Assembly (NCBI GenBank): GCA_965237955.1
Contig: OZ250169.1
Coordinates: forward strand, 3,456,001-3,520,000
Length of the DNA stretch: 64,000 nucleotides
From: Candidatus Marinacidobacterales bacterium
GTDB lineage: Bacteria > Acidobacteriota > Vicinamibacteria > Marinacidobacterales > SMYC01
Reading direction: 5' to 3'
In this document: in pieces, positions 12,002 to 20,846 of the stretch
Layout: every line of letters begins with the position of its first letter
How positions within the stretch are numbered: the first letter of the stretch is position 1
Notes under the pieces: generated by a model
What the model saw: only the letters and a program-made list of their open reading frames with translations
Told to the model about the DNA's origin: nothing
Database searches by the model: none
Translations under genes and position numbers: made by a program

Positions 12002-12254
12002 TGTCGTCCATCAGCGTCTTCGAACCGGTAGAGCGTCGCGATGTTCGCGTGATTGAGTTGAGCCAAGAGTTTGGCCTCGCGTTCGAAACGTTCGACCCGC
12101 TCTCGGTCGCGGGAAAGCTCCTCGGGCAGGACTTTGATGGCGACCTCGCGCCCGAGCTTCTGGTCGCGAGGTCGATACACTTCTCCATACCGCCGGCGCC
12201 GATCGACTCTAGGATCTCGTAGTTCGCTATTCGGCTGCCGGGCTCGAGGCTCAT
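12002..12254 (-). pseudogene. N-terminal remnant of a Ser/Thr protein kinase
   Basis: YEILESIGAGGM(frameshift)EVYR...VAIKVLP...RFEREAKLLAQLNHANI; cut at the Tn3 IR. Confidence 0.88.
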
Positions 12255-12332
12255 CGGCAGTAAGTTATAGCAGATTAGCCGCTGGGTGGTCCTCCGTTGG
12301 GGCGGAGATCGGGCGCTTCCACCTCTTCGTCT

Positions 12333-13521
12333 CTAGTCCCATGGAACAGAAAAAGCTAGACAACACCGGCCCTCCTGTGATCTGCTAAATGCATGAAACA
12401 CAAGGGCCGGCGAAAAGCCGAATTGAAGCTGTCGTCTCAAGAAAGCGAAGCGCTGACGCGACTGGCGCGACGCAGCCGTAGTTCGCCGCACCAAGCCTTC
12501 CGAGCGAAGATCGTGCTGGATTGCGCGGCGGGTCTGACGAATATGGAAGTTGCTAGGAAGATGCACACCATGAGGAGCACGGTGGGCAAGTGGCGAAGAC
12601 GCTTTGTAGAACAACGAATGGAAGGGTTGTACGACGAACCTCGGCCGGGAGCGGCTCGCAAAATCGGCGATGACCAGATCGAGGAAGTCGTGACCAAGAC
12701 GCTGGCGACGACTCCAAAGGGGAGAACCCATTGGAGTACGCGCTCGATGGCCAAGCATCTTGGGCTGAGTCATTCGACGATTGGACGTATTTGGCGAACG
12801 TTCGGGCTTCAACCGCACCGCTCGGAATCGTTTCGTCTCTCGCAAGACCCACAACTGGTCGAAAAAGTACGCGACGTTGTTGGCCTGTATATGAACCCAC
12901 CGGATAACGCGGTCGTCCTGTGCGTCGACGAGAAATCGCAGATTCAAGCGCTCGAGCGTGCTCAACCTGTCCTGCCCATGAGCTTGGGCCAGCCCGAGCG
13001 ACAAACCCACGACTACATTCGGCATGGAACGACTGACCTGTTTGCCGCACTCGACGCCGCAACAGGTGAAGTCTTCGGAAAGTGCTACGCGCGACATCGA
13101 GCGCTAGAGTTCAAGAAGTTCCTCGCTGAGATCGAAGCAGCCGTTCCCAGCGAGTTGGACATCCACGTCGTGCTCGACAATCTCGCCACGCACAAGACAC
13201 CGGCGATCAAACGCTGGCTTTCCAAGCGACCTCGGTTCCACTTTCACTTCACACCGACACACGCCTCTTGGCTCAACTTCGCTGAGCGCTTCTTTGGCTT
13301 GCTCACCGAACACGCCTTGCGACGAGGCTCGCACACGAGCGTGCCTCAGCTCCGCGTTGCGATACAAGACTATCTCGATGCTCACAACGAGAACCCAAAG
13401 CCGTTCAAGTGGACGAAATCCGCCGACCAAATCCTCGAAACCATCGCTCGGTTCGCCCAGCGAACGCTCGATACACATGGCAAATCGAATTTGGACAGTA
13501 ATTAAAGATCCAGGGGACTAG
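12333..13521 (+). mobile_element. IS630-family insertion sequence
   Basis: CTAGTCCC...GGGACTAG ends (TA/CTAG target) around an intact transposase. Confidence 0.92.
12393..13505 (+). CDS. IS630 transposase
   Basis: HTH region, [34 protein letters not shown]. Confidence 0.95.
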   Translation: MKHKGRRKAELKLSSQESEALTRLARRSRSSPHQAFRAKIVLDCAAGLTNMEVARKMHTMRSTVGKWRRRFVEQRMEGLYDEPRPGAARKIGDDQIEEVVTKTLATTPKGRTHWSTRSMAKHLGLSHSTIGRIWRTFGLQPHRSESFRLSQDPQLVEKVRDVVGLYMNPPDNAVVLCVDEKSQIQALERAQPVLPMSLGQPERQTHDYIRHGTTDLFAALDAATGEVFGKCYARHRALEFKKFLAEIEAAVPSELDIHVVLDNLATHKTPAIKRWLSKRPRFHFHFTPTHASWLNFAERFFGLLTEHALRRGSHTSVPQLRVAIQDYLDAHNENPKPFKWTKSADQILETIARFAQRTLDTHGKSNLDSN

Positions 13522-14674
13522 CGCACACGTGTTCGCCGGGGCGGGCTTGCCCGGCGCGGCGCCCCTGGGCTCGCGCTTCCAGGTCACGCGCCCGCTTTTT
13601 GTCGACCCAATGCGCGATGAAATCGCCGTAGTCGTTGAAGGGCGTCTCCGGTTTGGGAGGACGCGGGCCAGCGAAGATGTCGGCGACGATCTCGTCGCGC
13701 CAACTTTCGTCGTCGTCGTCGTCATCAGGGGGAGCAAGCTCCTCATCCGGCGCTTTCTCGGGCGGCGGCTCGTTGACGACCTCCGCCTCCGCCGGTTTCT
13801 GCTCCGTGACGAGGCTCGGCCGCTCGAACTTCAGATCCACACCAACGGTGCCAGTGACCTTGCAGATTCCCCGGTGGATGAGTCCGTGATGAATGCGTCA
13901 CACCGAAATGAGATTTCCGAGGTCTTCGCCTCCCAGGTGACTTCGGAACTTGATGTGATGCACGTCAAGCATCTTGCGCATCGTGCACCTAGGGATTTTG
14001 CATTTCCACCCATCCCGATCCAAGACAGCGTCTCGTACTTTGTCGGGAAGCTCTTTTTCGTCCTCCGTCTCGCGCGCGCCTGCTCCGCCCGCGGGCAGAT
14101 GTGTGCCCAAGAACTCGGCTAGCGACGGCTCGAGCACCTGCCACTTCTCGAGCTCGGTACCGCTGAGGCGCTCGGCCAGCTCGTAAGCATCATTCCACAT
14201 GTCCAGGATCTCGACGGGCATCGAGATCGTTAGCGTTGCGAATTGACCGGAACCGCGTCCATCGTGACGCCGCACTTCTTTTTCGAGATCTCGATTCGAA
14301 AGCGCTCGCGCTTTGTCGAGCCACTCGGCTTCCGTTTCGGAAGTCGCGACGGAAACGATCTCCCGCGCTTTGGTCCACGGCAGCTCTCCGGCATCGAAAG
14401 CTTCACGAATTCCCGGGAGCGCCTCGAGTCGGCTTGCAATGAACACCAAGTACTGTGCCTTGCGCGGCTTGATACCGACGAGCTCCATCGCGTAGTCGCC
14501 GATGGACGAGAAGCCTCGCTCCTTGTGAAGCCCCCGCTCGTCGATCTCGTGTAGCCAATACGCGATGTTGCGCTCTTCAAGATGATGACGCGCGGCCGCT
14601 TCGAAGAGTCGCGATTCGATTTGATCGACAGGAAGCCCGGGCTCGAGCCCAGCTTCGGAAGATAGAACGCTCAT
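13502..14674 (-). pseudogene. DUF222-like/HNH endonuclease with an in-frame TGA at 13898-13900
   Basis: VLDRDGWKCKIPRC...VHHI...NLISV*RIHHGLIH continues in the same frame; AAGGAGG RBS upstream. Confidence 0.75.
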
Positions 14675-14754
14675 GAAGTCCTCCTTGAAAGAATGTTGAT
14701 TTGGGAGAACAGCGCTCACTGGGCGGGTATCTAACCACGCTGTTCGATAGTGAA

Positions 14755-14783
14755 AGTATAGTGTATTTATAGATGCTCGTCAA
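14755..14783 (-). promoter_or_regulatory. sigma70 promoter of the HNH gene
   Basis: TTGACG-N17-TATACT. Confidence 0.7.
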
Positions 14784-14896
14784 AGGGAAAGTCGTTATTC
14801 CGCAAATATTTACGAGTTTATGCTTGAGGCGGCGGCCGGCGAGTCGGGGCCCCGGAGGGCGGACCGAACATCGCGAGGTATTGAGGGCGAGAGGTA

Positions 14897-15029
14897 CTAG
14901 TCCCCTGGATCTTTGATTACTATACAAAGTTAGGCTTTTCGCCAGCCCATAAGATTCATAAGATTCATGCACTTAGAAGGGTTTCGGCAAGCTCTGCTTT
15001 ATCTAGTTTGTTCTGATACAGGGGACTAG
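14897..15029 (-). mobile_element. 133-bp MITE derived from an IS630 relative
   Basis: Both ends match the neighbouring IS630 ends (AAAGATCCAGGGGACTAG identical to its right end); retains the ATGAA...GGCGAAAAGCC transposase start. Confidence 0.85.
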
Positions 15030-15433
15030 GTCGCCTCCACCTCCCAGTCTTCATACCGGAGCCCGACGACTCGCGCGAACTCGTCGAGGTTATGGGTCAC
15101 GAGAGTCAAGTCGTTCGCGATGGCCGTGGCCGCGATCATGAGATCGTAAGGGCCGATCGGTGTGCCCAGACGCTCGAGCTCCTGCCGAATCCTTCCATAG
15201 GGCTCGGAGCAGGAATCGTCGAAAGGCAGCGGCGCGAAGGGCTCGAAGAAATCGTGAAGGACTCTGAGATTTTCGGCGGGTCGGCCGCTTTTGCGCGCGC
15301 CATAGACGAGCTCGGCCTTGACCACAGAGGACATGAGCCGCTGGGAAGGTCGCTTCGACTGGAGCCGAGATCGTAACGGATCCGTAGAGTTATTCAGAAT
15401 CCGGATGCAAGCGTTGGTGTCGAGTAGATACAT
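15026..15433 (-). CDS. vapC: VapC PIN-domain toxin
   Basis: YLLDTNACI, AEL, IGPYDLMIAATA, LVTHNLDEF. Confidence 0.92.
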   Translation of the reverse strand: MYLLDTNACIRILNNSTDPLRSRLQSKRPSQRLMSSVVKAELVYGARKSGRPAENLRVLHDFFEPFAPLPFDDSCSEPYGRIRQELERLGTPIGPYDLMIAATAIANDLTLVTHNLDEFARVVGLRYEDWEVEAT

Positions 15434-15657
15434 CGATCTCCTCTCGAATCTCGACGTCCAAAGATTCTGGCCTTTGTAAGGGGCTCGCCGACCCAACCTC
15501 CAACCACGTTCTCGAAGTAGCCTTCCGGCCACGCGTCCGCTATCTGGCCGCGCACGAGCTCGGCCAGATAGGCCGACACGCTCTGGCGCCTCGACGCCGC
15601 ACGCTGGCGGACCTTCTCGGCAAGGTCTTCTGGCAGATAGAGATGCAGTTGAGCCAT
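15394..15657 (-). CDS. RHH/CopG-like antitoxin (VapB-like)
   Basis: MAQLHLYLPEDLAEKVRQRA...SVSAYLAELV ribbon-helix-helix, upstream of and overlapping vapC. Confidence 0.75.
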   Translation of the reverse strand: MAQLHLYLPEDLAEKVRQRAASRRQSVSAYLAELVRGQIADAWPEGYFENVVGGWVGEPLTKARIFGRRDSRGDRCIYSTPTLASGF

Positions 15658-15777
15658 ACGAAATGTATTTAGCATATACATGGCCGAGCGTCGTTCGGGA
15701 GTCGACGCGTGGGTGGGCCCGGCACCGGCAAGCCCCCCAGTGCGCCCGCCGTGACAACCCTCTATAATGATGGATCC

Positions 15778-17418
15778 ATGAGTCGCCTCATTGCCGACCG
15801 CCTGAGGGAACGCCTCTCCGGCGAGATCGGCACGATCACGAAGTCCCACGGCGGAAAGCTTCGCATCGCGCTCGCGTATCCGAACCGCTACCACATCGGG
15901 ATGTCGAACGTGGGTTTCCAGGCGGTCTACAAATTTTGGAACGAGCTTCCCGACGTCGTGTGCGAGCGGGTCTTCCTCCCCGACGACGACGAGCTCGAAG
16001 AGTACGCGCGCACCGGGGCGCCGCTTCTTTCGCTAGAGACCCAACAGCCTGTTCGTGACTTCGACGTGCTCGCGTTCTCGATCACGTTCGAGCCCGACGA
16101 GGTGAACCTGGTCCGGATTCTGGACCTCGCCGGGATTCCGCCCCTCGCCGCGGACCGAAGCGACAACGATCCGCTCGTCCTCGCGGGCGGACCGATCACG
16201 TTCTTGAACCCCGAGCCGATGGCGCCGTTTCTGGACGTCATCGCGATCGGCGAAGCGGAAGCGCTCTTGCCCCCGCTGACGGAAGCGCTACGCGCATCGA
16301 CGGCAACCCGCGATGTCCTGACCCGGCTCGAGCAAGAAGAAGGCATCTACGTGCCGGCTCGCCACCGTCCATCGAAGCTCGTACGGGCGAAGATGGGTAA
16401 GCGCGCGGACTTCCCGCCGCCGGCCACGTACGTCTTGACGCATGCGACGGAGATGTCGAACAAGTTTCTCGTCGAAGTCTCGCGTGGGTGCCCGACGCTG
16501 TGCCGTTTTTGCTGGGCGGGTTACAACTACCTTCCCAAGCGTTCGTTCCAGATCGAGAAAATCCTCGAAGTCGCGCGCGAAGCTCGCCAGCACACCGATC
16601 AGATCGGGCTAGTCTCGACCGCGGTCGGTGCCCATAAAGAAATCGTTCCGCTGTGTGAAGCGCTCAAAGATATGGGCTATCGCGTCAGCGTTTCGTCGTT
16701 GCGTTTCGAAGATCTCCGGGGAGAGCTCCTCGATCCGCTCTCGGGGAGTGGGGAGAAGACGCTCGCGGTCGCGCCCGAGGTCGGCACCGATCGCCTACGA
16801 TTCGCCATCCACAAGCGCGTTCCCAATACCGAGATTCTCGAAAAAACCGACCTCATCTTCTCCCGGGGCATCGAGAACTTGAAGCTCTACCTCATGGTCG
16901 GTCTACCCACAGAAACACAGGAAGACATCGAGGGGATCGTCGATCTCGTCTCCCGTATTCGTGAACAGCTGATCGCACACGGTAGGATTCGTGGTCGAAT
17001 AGGCCGTTTGATACCGAGCGTCAACCCTTTCATCCCCAAGCCGGGAACTCCGTTCCAGTGGCACGCGATGGAAAAAACCAATGTCCTCGCGAAGAAGATG
17101 CAGTACTTGAAGCGTGCGTTCGCGCGGATGCCCAACGTCGATGCGAACTTCAAATCGCCGCGGCAGGAAAAGCTTCAGGCACTTCTCTCGCTCGGTGATC
17201 AACGTGTAGCGCCGGTCCTCCTGCGCCTCGCGCGCGGTGAAACGAACTTCGGTCGAGCCCTGAAAGAATCCGGCATCGATCTCGACGCGTACATCCACCG
17301 TGAGCGATCTCTCGACGAGCCCTTGCCTTGGGGGCACATCGACAACGGCATGAAGCCCGAGCTTCTGGAAAGCCAGTACGAGAAAGCCCAAGCGAGTGTC
17401 GCTCTCGCGCCCGCCTGA
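15778..17418 (+). CDS. Radical SAM protein (YgiQ/B12-binding-like N-terminus)
   Basis: YPNRYHIGMSNVG, EVSRGCPTLCRFC CxxxCxxC, LKLYLMVGLP, FIPKPGTPFQW. Confidence 0.9.
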   Translation: MSRLIADRLRERLSGEIGTITKSHGGKLRIALAYPNRYHIGMSNVGFQAVYKFWNELPDVVCERVFLPDDDELEEYARTGAPLLSLETQQPVRDFDVLAFSITFEPDEVNLVRILDLAGIPPLAADRSDNDPLVLAGGPITFLNPEPMAPFLDVIAIGEAEALLPPLTEALRASTATRDVLTRLEQEEGIYVPARHRPSKLVRAKMGKRADFPPPATYVLTHATEMSNKFLVEVSRGCPTLCRFCWAGYNYLPKRSFQIEKILEVAREARQHTDQIGLVSTAVGAHKEIVPLCEALKDMGYRVSVSSLRFEDLRGELLDPLSGSGEKTLAVAPEVGTDRLRFAIHKRVPNTEILEKTDLIFSRGIENLKLYLMVGLPTETQEDIEGIVDLVSRIREQLIAHGRIRGRIGRLIPSVNPFIPKPGTPFQWHAMEKTNVLAKKMQYLKRAFARMPNVDANFKSPRQEKLQALLSLGDQRVAPVLLRLARGETNFGRALKESGIDLDAYIHRERSLDEPLPWGHIDNGMKPELLESQYEKAQASVALAPA

Positions 17419-18080
17419 ACGTGTTCGACTCCAAAATCACAGATGATCTCGAATTCCTGACGTGTAAGGCTCTCGAAGAGCACGGCGTGCCCCACGCGTT
17501 CACGTCGCGACATAACGGTTTCGGTGAGCGGGCCAATGGCCCCGACGACCATGCGGCGCTGGCCCATGCGCTGAATCTCGACACGCTGGCACGATGAAGC
17601 AACTCCACGGGCGCGACGTCCAATTGATTACCGAAGCCGAGCCGACGCCGGAGTGCGACGGGATGGTGACGGACGAGCCGGGACTCGGCCTGGTCGTGCA
17701 CACCGCTGACTGCCTCCCCATGCTCATGTGGGCCGAGAAGGCCAATGCCGTTTTCGGCCGTGCACGCCGGGTGGCGCGGCACGCTCGCGAACGTCGCCGC
17801 GGCGGCGGTCGAACAGCTCATGAGCGAAAAGGCGGCGTCGGCCGAGGAGCTTCATATCGCGATCGGTCCCGCAATCCGCGCGTGCTGTTTCGAAGTCGGC
17901 GATGAAGTCGTCGATGCAGGCCGCGACGCGGACGCCATCTCACGGCCGGGGCCGAGAGCACGCCGCCATGTCGATCTCATCGAGGACAATCGACACCAGC
18001 TGCTCTCGGCGGGCATCCGGCCGGATCGAATCTACGACAGCGGACTATGCACCGCCTGCGCGAACGAGCGGTTTTATTCT

Positions 18081-19799
18081 GGTTCTCCTGTCGTTTCGGG
18101 GGATCTGATTTGTGTTGGAGGGCATGGCCTATGGACGCTGCCGCGATTGTGGAAAACGCCGGAAACTCCGGGCGAGAGAGGCGTTTAGGGAAAGGTTGTG
18201 AGCACGTACAAACGTGGAGCGGCGTTTTCCACAATCGCTTGGAAAACGCTTCGCGTTTCCCACGAGCGCCCACAGGCCCCACCTGATATATATACAAGAA
18301 AGATTAATTCATATGGAATAAGGAAGGGGGGGCTCGATTAGTGGAGGCTATGGAAAACGCCCTTCCAGGCTTCGAAGAGAACTCAGTCGTGAGCAAGGTC
18401 TGAACGACCAGAACCGTGGGGGCGTTTCCCACAGCCTCGTCTCCCGCTGAGGGGCAGTGGCATTTGGTGAGGCCCGTGGGTTGAGAGGGTAAGCCATGTG
18501 TAGATGCGCATCGGCGAGAACGCTAGAATCTTTTTTTCCGAAAGAGAAAAGAGCGTTCCCGCGATGCGCGTTACTACGTTAGTCAACAAGCTCATCGGAT
18601 TGCAAGGCCTGTGGGTCCGAGGTTTCCACTTCCAGGCGGACAAAGCCAGAGTGGTGGTGGATGTAGTACCACGGAGGAGGAAGCCTCTGTGCGGGATTTG
18701 CGGACGAAAGGTCCGCAAGAACAAAGATCGCTACAATCGCTACTGGCGGCACTTGGACCTGTTCGGAGTCCGGACCTATCTTCGCTACTCGATCCGACGA
18801 GTGGTATGTCGGCGGTGTGGAGTGGTCAGAGAAAAGGTGCCTTGGGCCGACAAGGGAAGCCGCTTTACCAAAAGCTTCGAACAAGAGGTAGCGTGGCTGG
18901 CACAGAGGACGGACGTCAGCGCCGTAGCGAACTATTTCCGAGTGACGTGGCGTTCGGTGCGACGGATCATCCAGCGAGTGGTTGCCGAGCAGCGGGATGA
19001 GCGGCGCGAGCTCGATGGATTGCGGGTGATTGGGATGGACGAGATCAGCTACCGCAAACGCCACAAGTACTTAACAGTGGTAATAGACCATCTCAGCGGC
19101 CGGGTCGTCTGGGCGGGAAAGGAGCGCAAGGCCAAGACGCTGCTGCGGTTTTTCCGCAAGCTCGGACCACAAAGAGCCGCGGAGCTCGAAGCGGTCAGCA
19201 TGGACATGTGGGAGCCGTACATAACTGTCGTCGGCAAAAAGGCTCCTCAGGCACGGGTGATCTTTGACCGCTTCCACATCGTCAAGCATCTGAACGAGGC
19301 CGTGGATAAGACCCGGCGCGAGCTGGTGCGCGAGCTCAAAGGGACTGCCCGGCGCAACCTCAAGAACACCAAGTTTCCCCTTCTCAAGGCCAAACACAAC
19401 CGCAGCGCGAAAGACAAACGGGTGCTCCGCGAGCAGGTGCGAGCTAATCGTCGCCTCTACCGCGCCATGCTTCTGCGCGACGACTTCATGGACCTCTACA
19501 CCTACAAAACCGAGACATGGGCCAAGAAGTTTCTCCGAGGATGGCTGCGGCGCGCTATGAGCTCGAGGATAGAGCCCGTCAAACGCGCGGCGAAGATGAT
19601 CCGCAGCCACTTCGATGGCGTCATCGCGTGGGTCACGTGGAGACTCAGCAACGGCCGACTCGAAGGAATGAACAACAAAATCCGGCTGCTGAGCCACCGC
19701 AGCTTTGGACTCCACTCTGCCGAAGCTCTCATCAGTCTCGTCTACCTAAACTGTGGCGGTCTCACCCTCGAGAGGATCCACTGAAATGGCAGGAGAGGC
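18081..19799 (+). mobile_element. ISL3-family insertion sequence
   Basis: GGTTCTCCTG.../...CAGGAGAGGC imperfect IRs; 8-bp target duplication TTTATTCT at 18073-18080 and 19800-19807. Confidence 0.93.
18564..19784 (+). CDS. ISL3 transposase
   Basis: CGIC/CRRC zinc finger, IGMDEIS, SMDMW, FDRFHIV, SNGRLEGMNNKI. Confidence 0.95.
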   Translation: MRVTTLVNKLIGLQGLWVRGFHFQADKARVVVDVVPRRRKPLCGICGRKVRKNKDRYNRYWRHLDLFGVRTYLRYSIRRVVCRRCGVVREKVPWADKGSRFTKSFEQEVAWLAQRTDVSAVANYFRVTWRSVRRIIQRVVAEQRDERRELDGLRVIGMDEISYRKRHKYLTVVIDHLSGRVVWAGKERKAKTLLRFFRKLGPQRAAELEAVSMDMWEPYITVVGKKAPQARVIFDRFHIVKHLNEAVDKTRRELVRELKGTARRNLKNTKFPLLKAKHNRSAKDKRVLREQVRANRRLYRAMLLRDDFMDLYTYKTETWAKKFLRGWLRRAMSSRIEPVKRAAKMIRSHFDGVIAWVTWRLSNGRLEGMNNKIRLLSHRSFGLHSAEALISLVYLNCGGLTLERIH

Positions 19800-19877
19800 T
19801 TTATTCTTATCGGAAAGAGGGGAAGGGTGTGGGGCGCCTGATGGGAGTGATTGCGATAAAGTCGGGCGTGATCGCGG

Positions 19878-20600
19878 TCAAGTCGTAGCGGCCGTCTCTT
19901 CTTCCATGTAATAGAGGATGCGAGTGCAGCTACCGCAGTTGTGCTTGTCCCCGAGCTTGAGCTCGTGGAACGCTTGCGGGCGTATCCGCACCATGCACAC
20001 CTGACAGCGCTCCTCCACGGCAGCCGCCATGGCGACGCCGCCCCGTGTTTTCGCGATCCGCTGATACTCCTCGAAGAGATCCCCAGGGATTACTGACAAG
20101 AGCTCGACCCGGGATTTCTGTCGCTCGGCGAGCTCGGCCTCGAGCTTCACCTTCTCGGCCTCGAGCTCTTTTTCCATGCCGCTGACTTTTTTCTGGCCTT
20201 CTTTCAGCTCCCGCTCTCGCGCGGCGCGTTCCTGCTCGAGCTCCTCGAGCGTGTCCAGACCTTGAAGGATCTTGGTCTCGACGTCCCCGATCTCGTTCTT
20301 CGTGACCTCGATCTGCTTCTGCATGGCCTTGTACTCTTCGTTGGACTTCACGCTCATCAGCTGGTTTTGGTACTTGCTCGCCTTCTCTTCGGCGGTCGAC
20401 AGCTCACCTTCAGCCGCGCGCTGGCGTTTTTGAGCCTCGGCAAGGGCGTCCTCGGCCGCCTTCAAATCATTCTTCTCGGTCGCGATCTCCCGCTCGAGCG
20501 CCTCGACTTCTTTTGGGATCTCCGCGAGACGCGATTCGAGCGTGCGGATCTCATCGTCGCGCGCTTGAAGCTCTACCAGGTTAGAAATCTCAGCCTTCAT
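19878..20600 (-). CDS. Coiled-coil C4 zinc-ribbon protein (DUF164-like)
   Basis: Long coiled coil followed by CQVC...CGSC.RILY. Confidence 0.88.
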   Translation of the reverse strand: MKAEISNLVELQARDDEIRTLESRLAEIPKEVEALEREIATEKNDLKAAEDALAEAQKRQRAAEGELSTAEEKASKYQNQLMSVKSNEEYKAMQKQIEVTKNEIGDVETKILQGLDTLEELEQERAARERELKEGQKKVSGMEKELEAEKVKLEAELAERQKSRVELLSVIPGDLFEEYQRIAKTRGGVAMAAAVEERCQVCMVRIRPQAFHELKLGDKHNCGSCTRILYYMEEETAATT

Positions 20601-20632
20601 GAATCAGGGCCTTTCTTTTTGCTCTCGAAGCC

Positions 20633-20662
20633 AAAAAAAAAGGTGCCGCGGTGGGCACCTTT
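20633..20662 (-). terminator. Intrinsic terminator downstream of the tRNA
   Basis: GGTGCC-loop-GGCACC followed by a long T run on the minus strand. Confidence 0.7.
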
Positions 20663-20759
20663 CGCGAGACGGCCTTCGGAAAGCCCCGGCCAGATGGGGC
20701 CCGGTTGGGGAGGATGCGCTTTGCGAGGTCTTCTCGTTCGTTGCATCGTTTACGTCAAT

Positions 20760-20835
20760 TGGTGGGCCCACTAGGACTTGAACCTAGGACCAACCGGTTA
20801 TGAGCCGGTGGCTCTAACCACTGAGCTATGGGCCC
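20760..20835 (-). tRNA. tRNA with CAT anticodon, most likely Ile2 (lysidine)
   Basis: GGGCCCATAGCTCAGTGGTTAGAGCCACCGGCTCATAACCGGTTGGTCCTAGGTTCAAGTCCTAGTGGGCCCACCA cloverleaf with encoded CCA; position after rpoD is typical of Ile2. Confidence 0.93.
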
Positions 20836-20846
20836 GTAGACCATGC

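Larger units (their letters stand above)
17421..19888 (+). pseudogene. pgeF: PgeF/YfiH (peptidoglycan editing factor, laccase-like family), two frameshifts and an ISL3 insertion
   Basis: HAFTSR, QLHG, TADCLP, HAGWRG, IGPAI..CCFEVG, CTAC...FYS|YRKEG split over three frames and by the IS. Confidence 0.88.

Noticed and set aside
20760-20835. tRNA as an integration site, or as tRNA-Met
   Set aside because: No integrase or duplicated 3' end nearby; sequence and position fit Ile2 better, and it lacks the initiator C1:A72 mismatch
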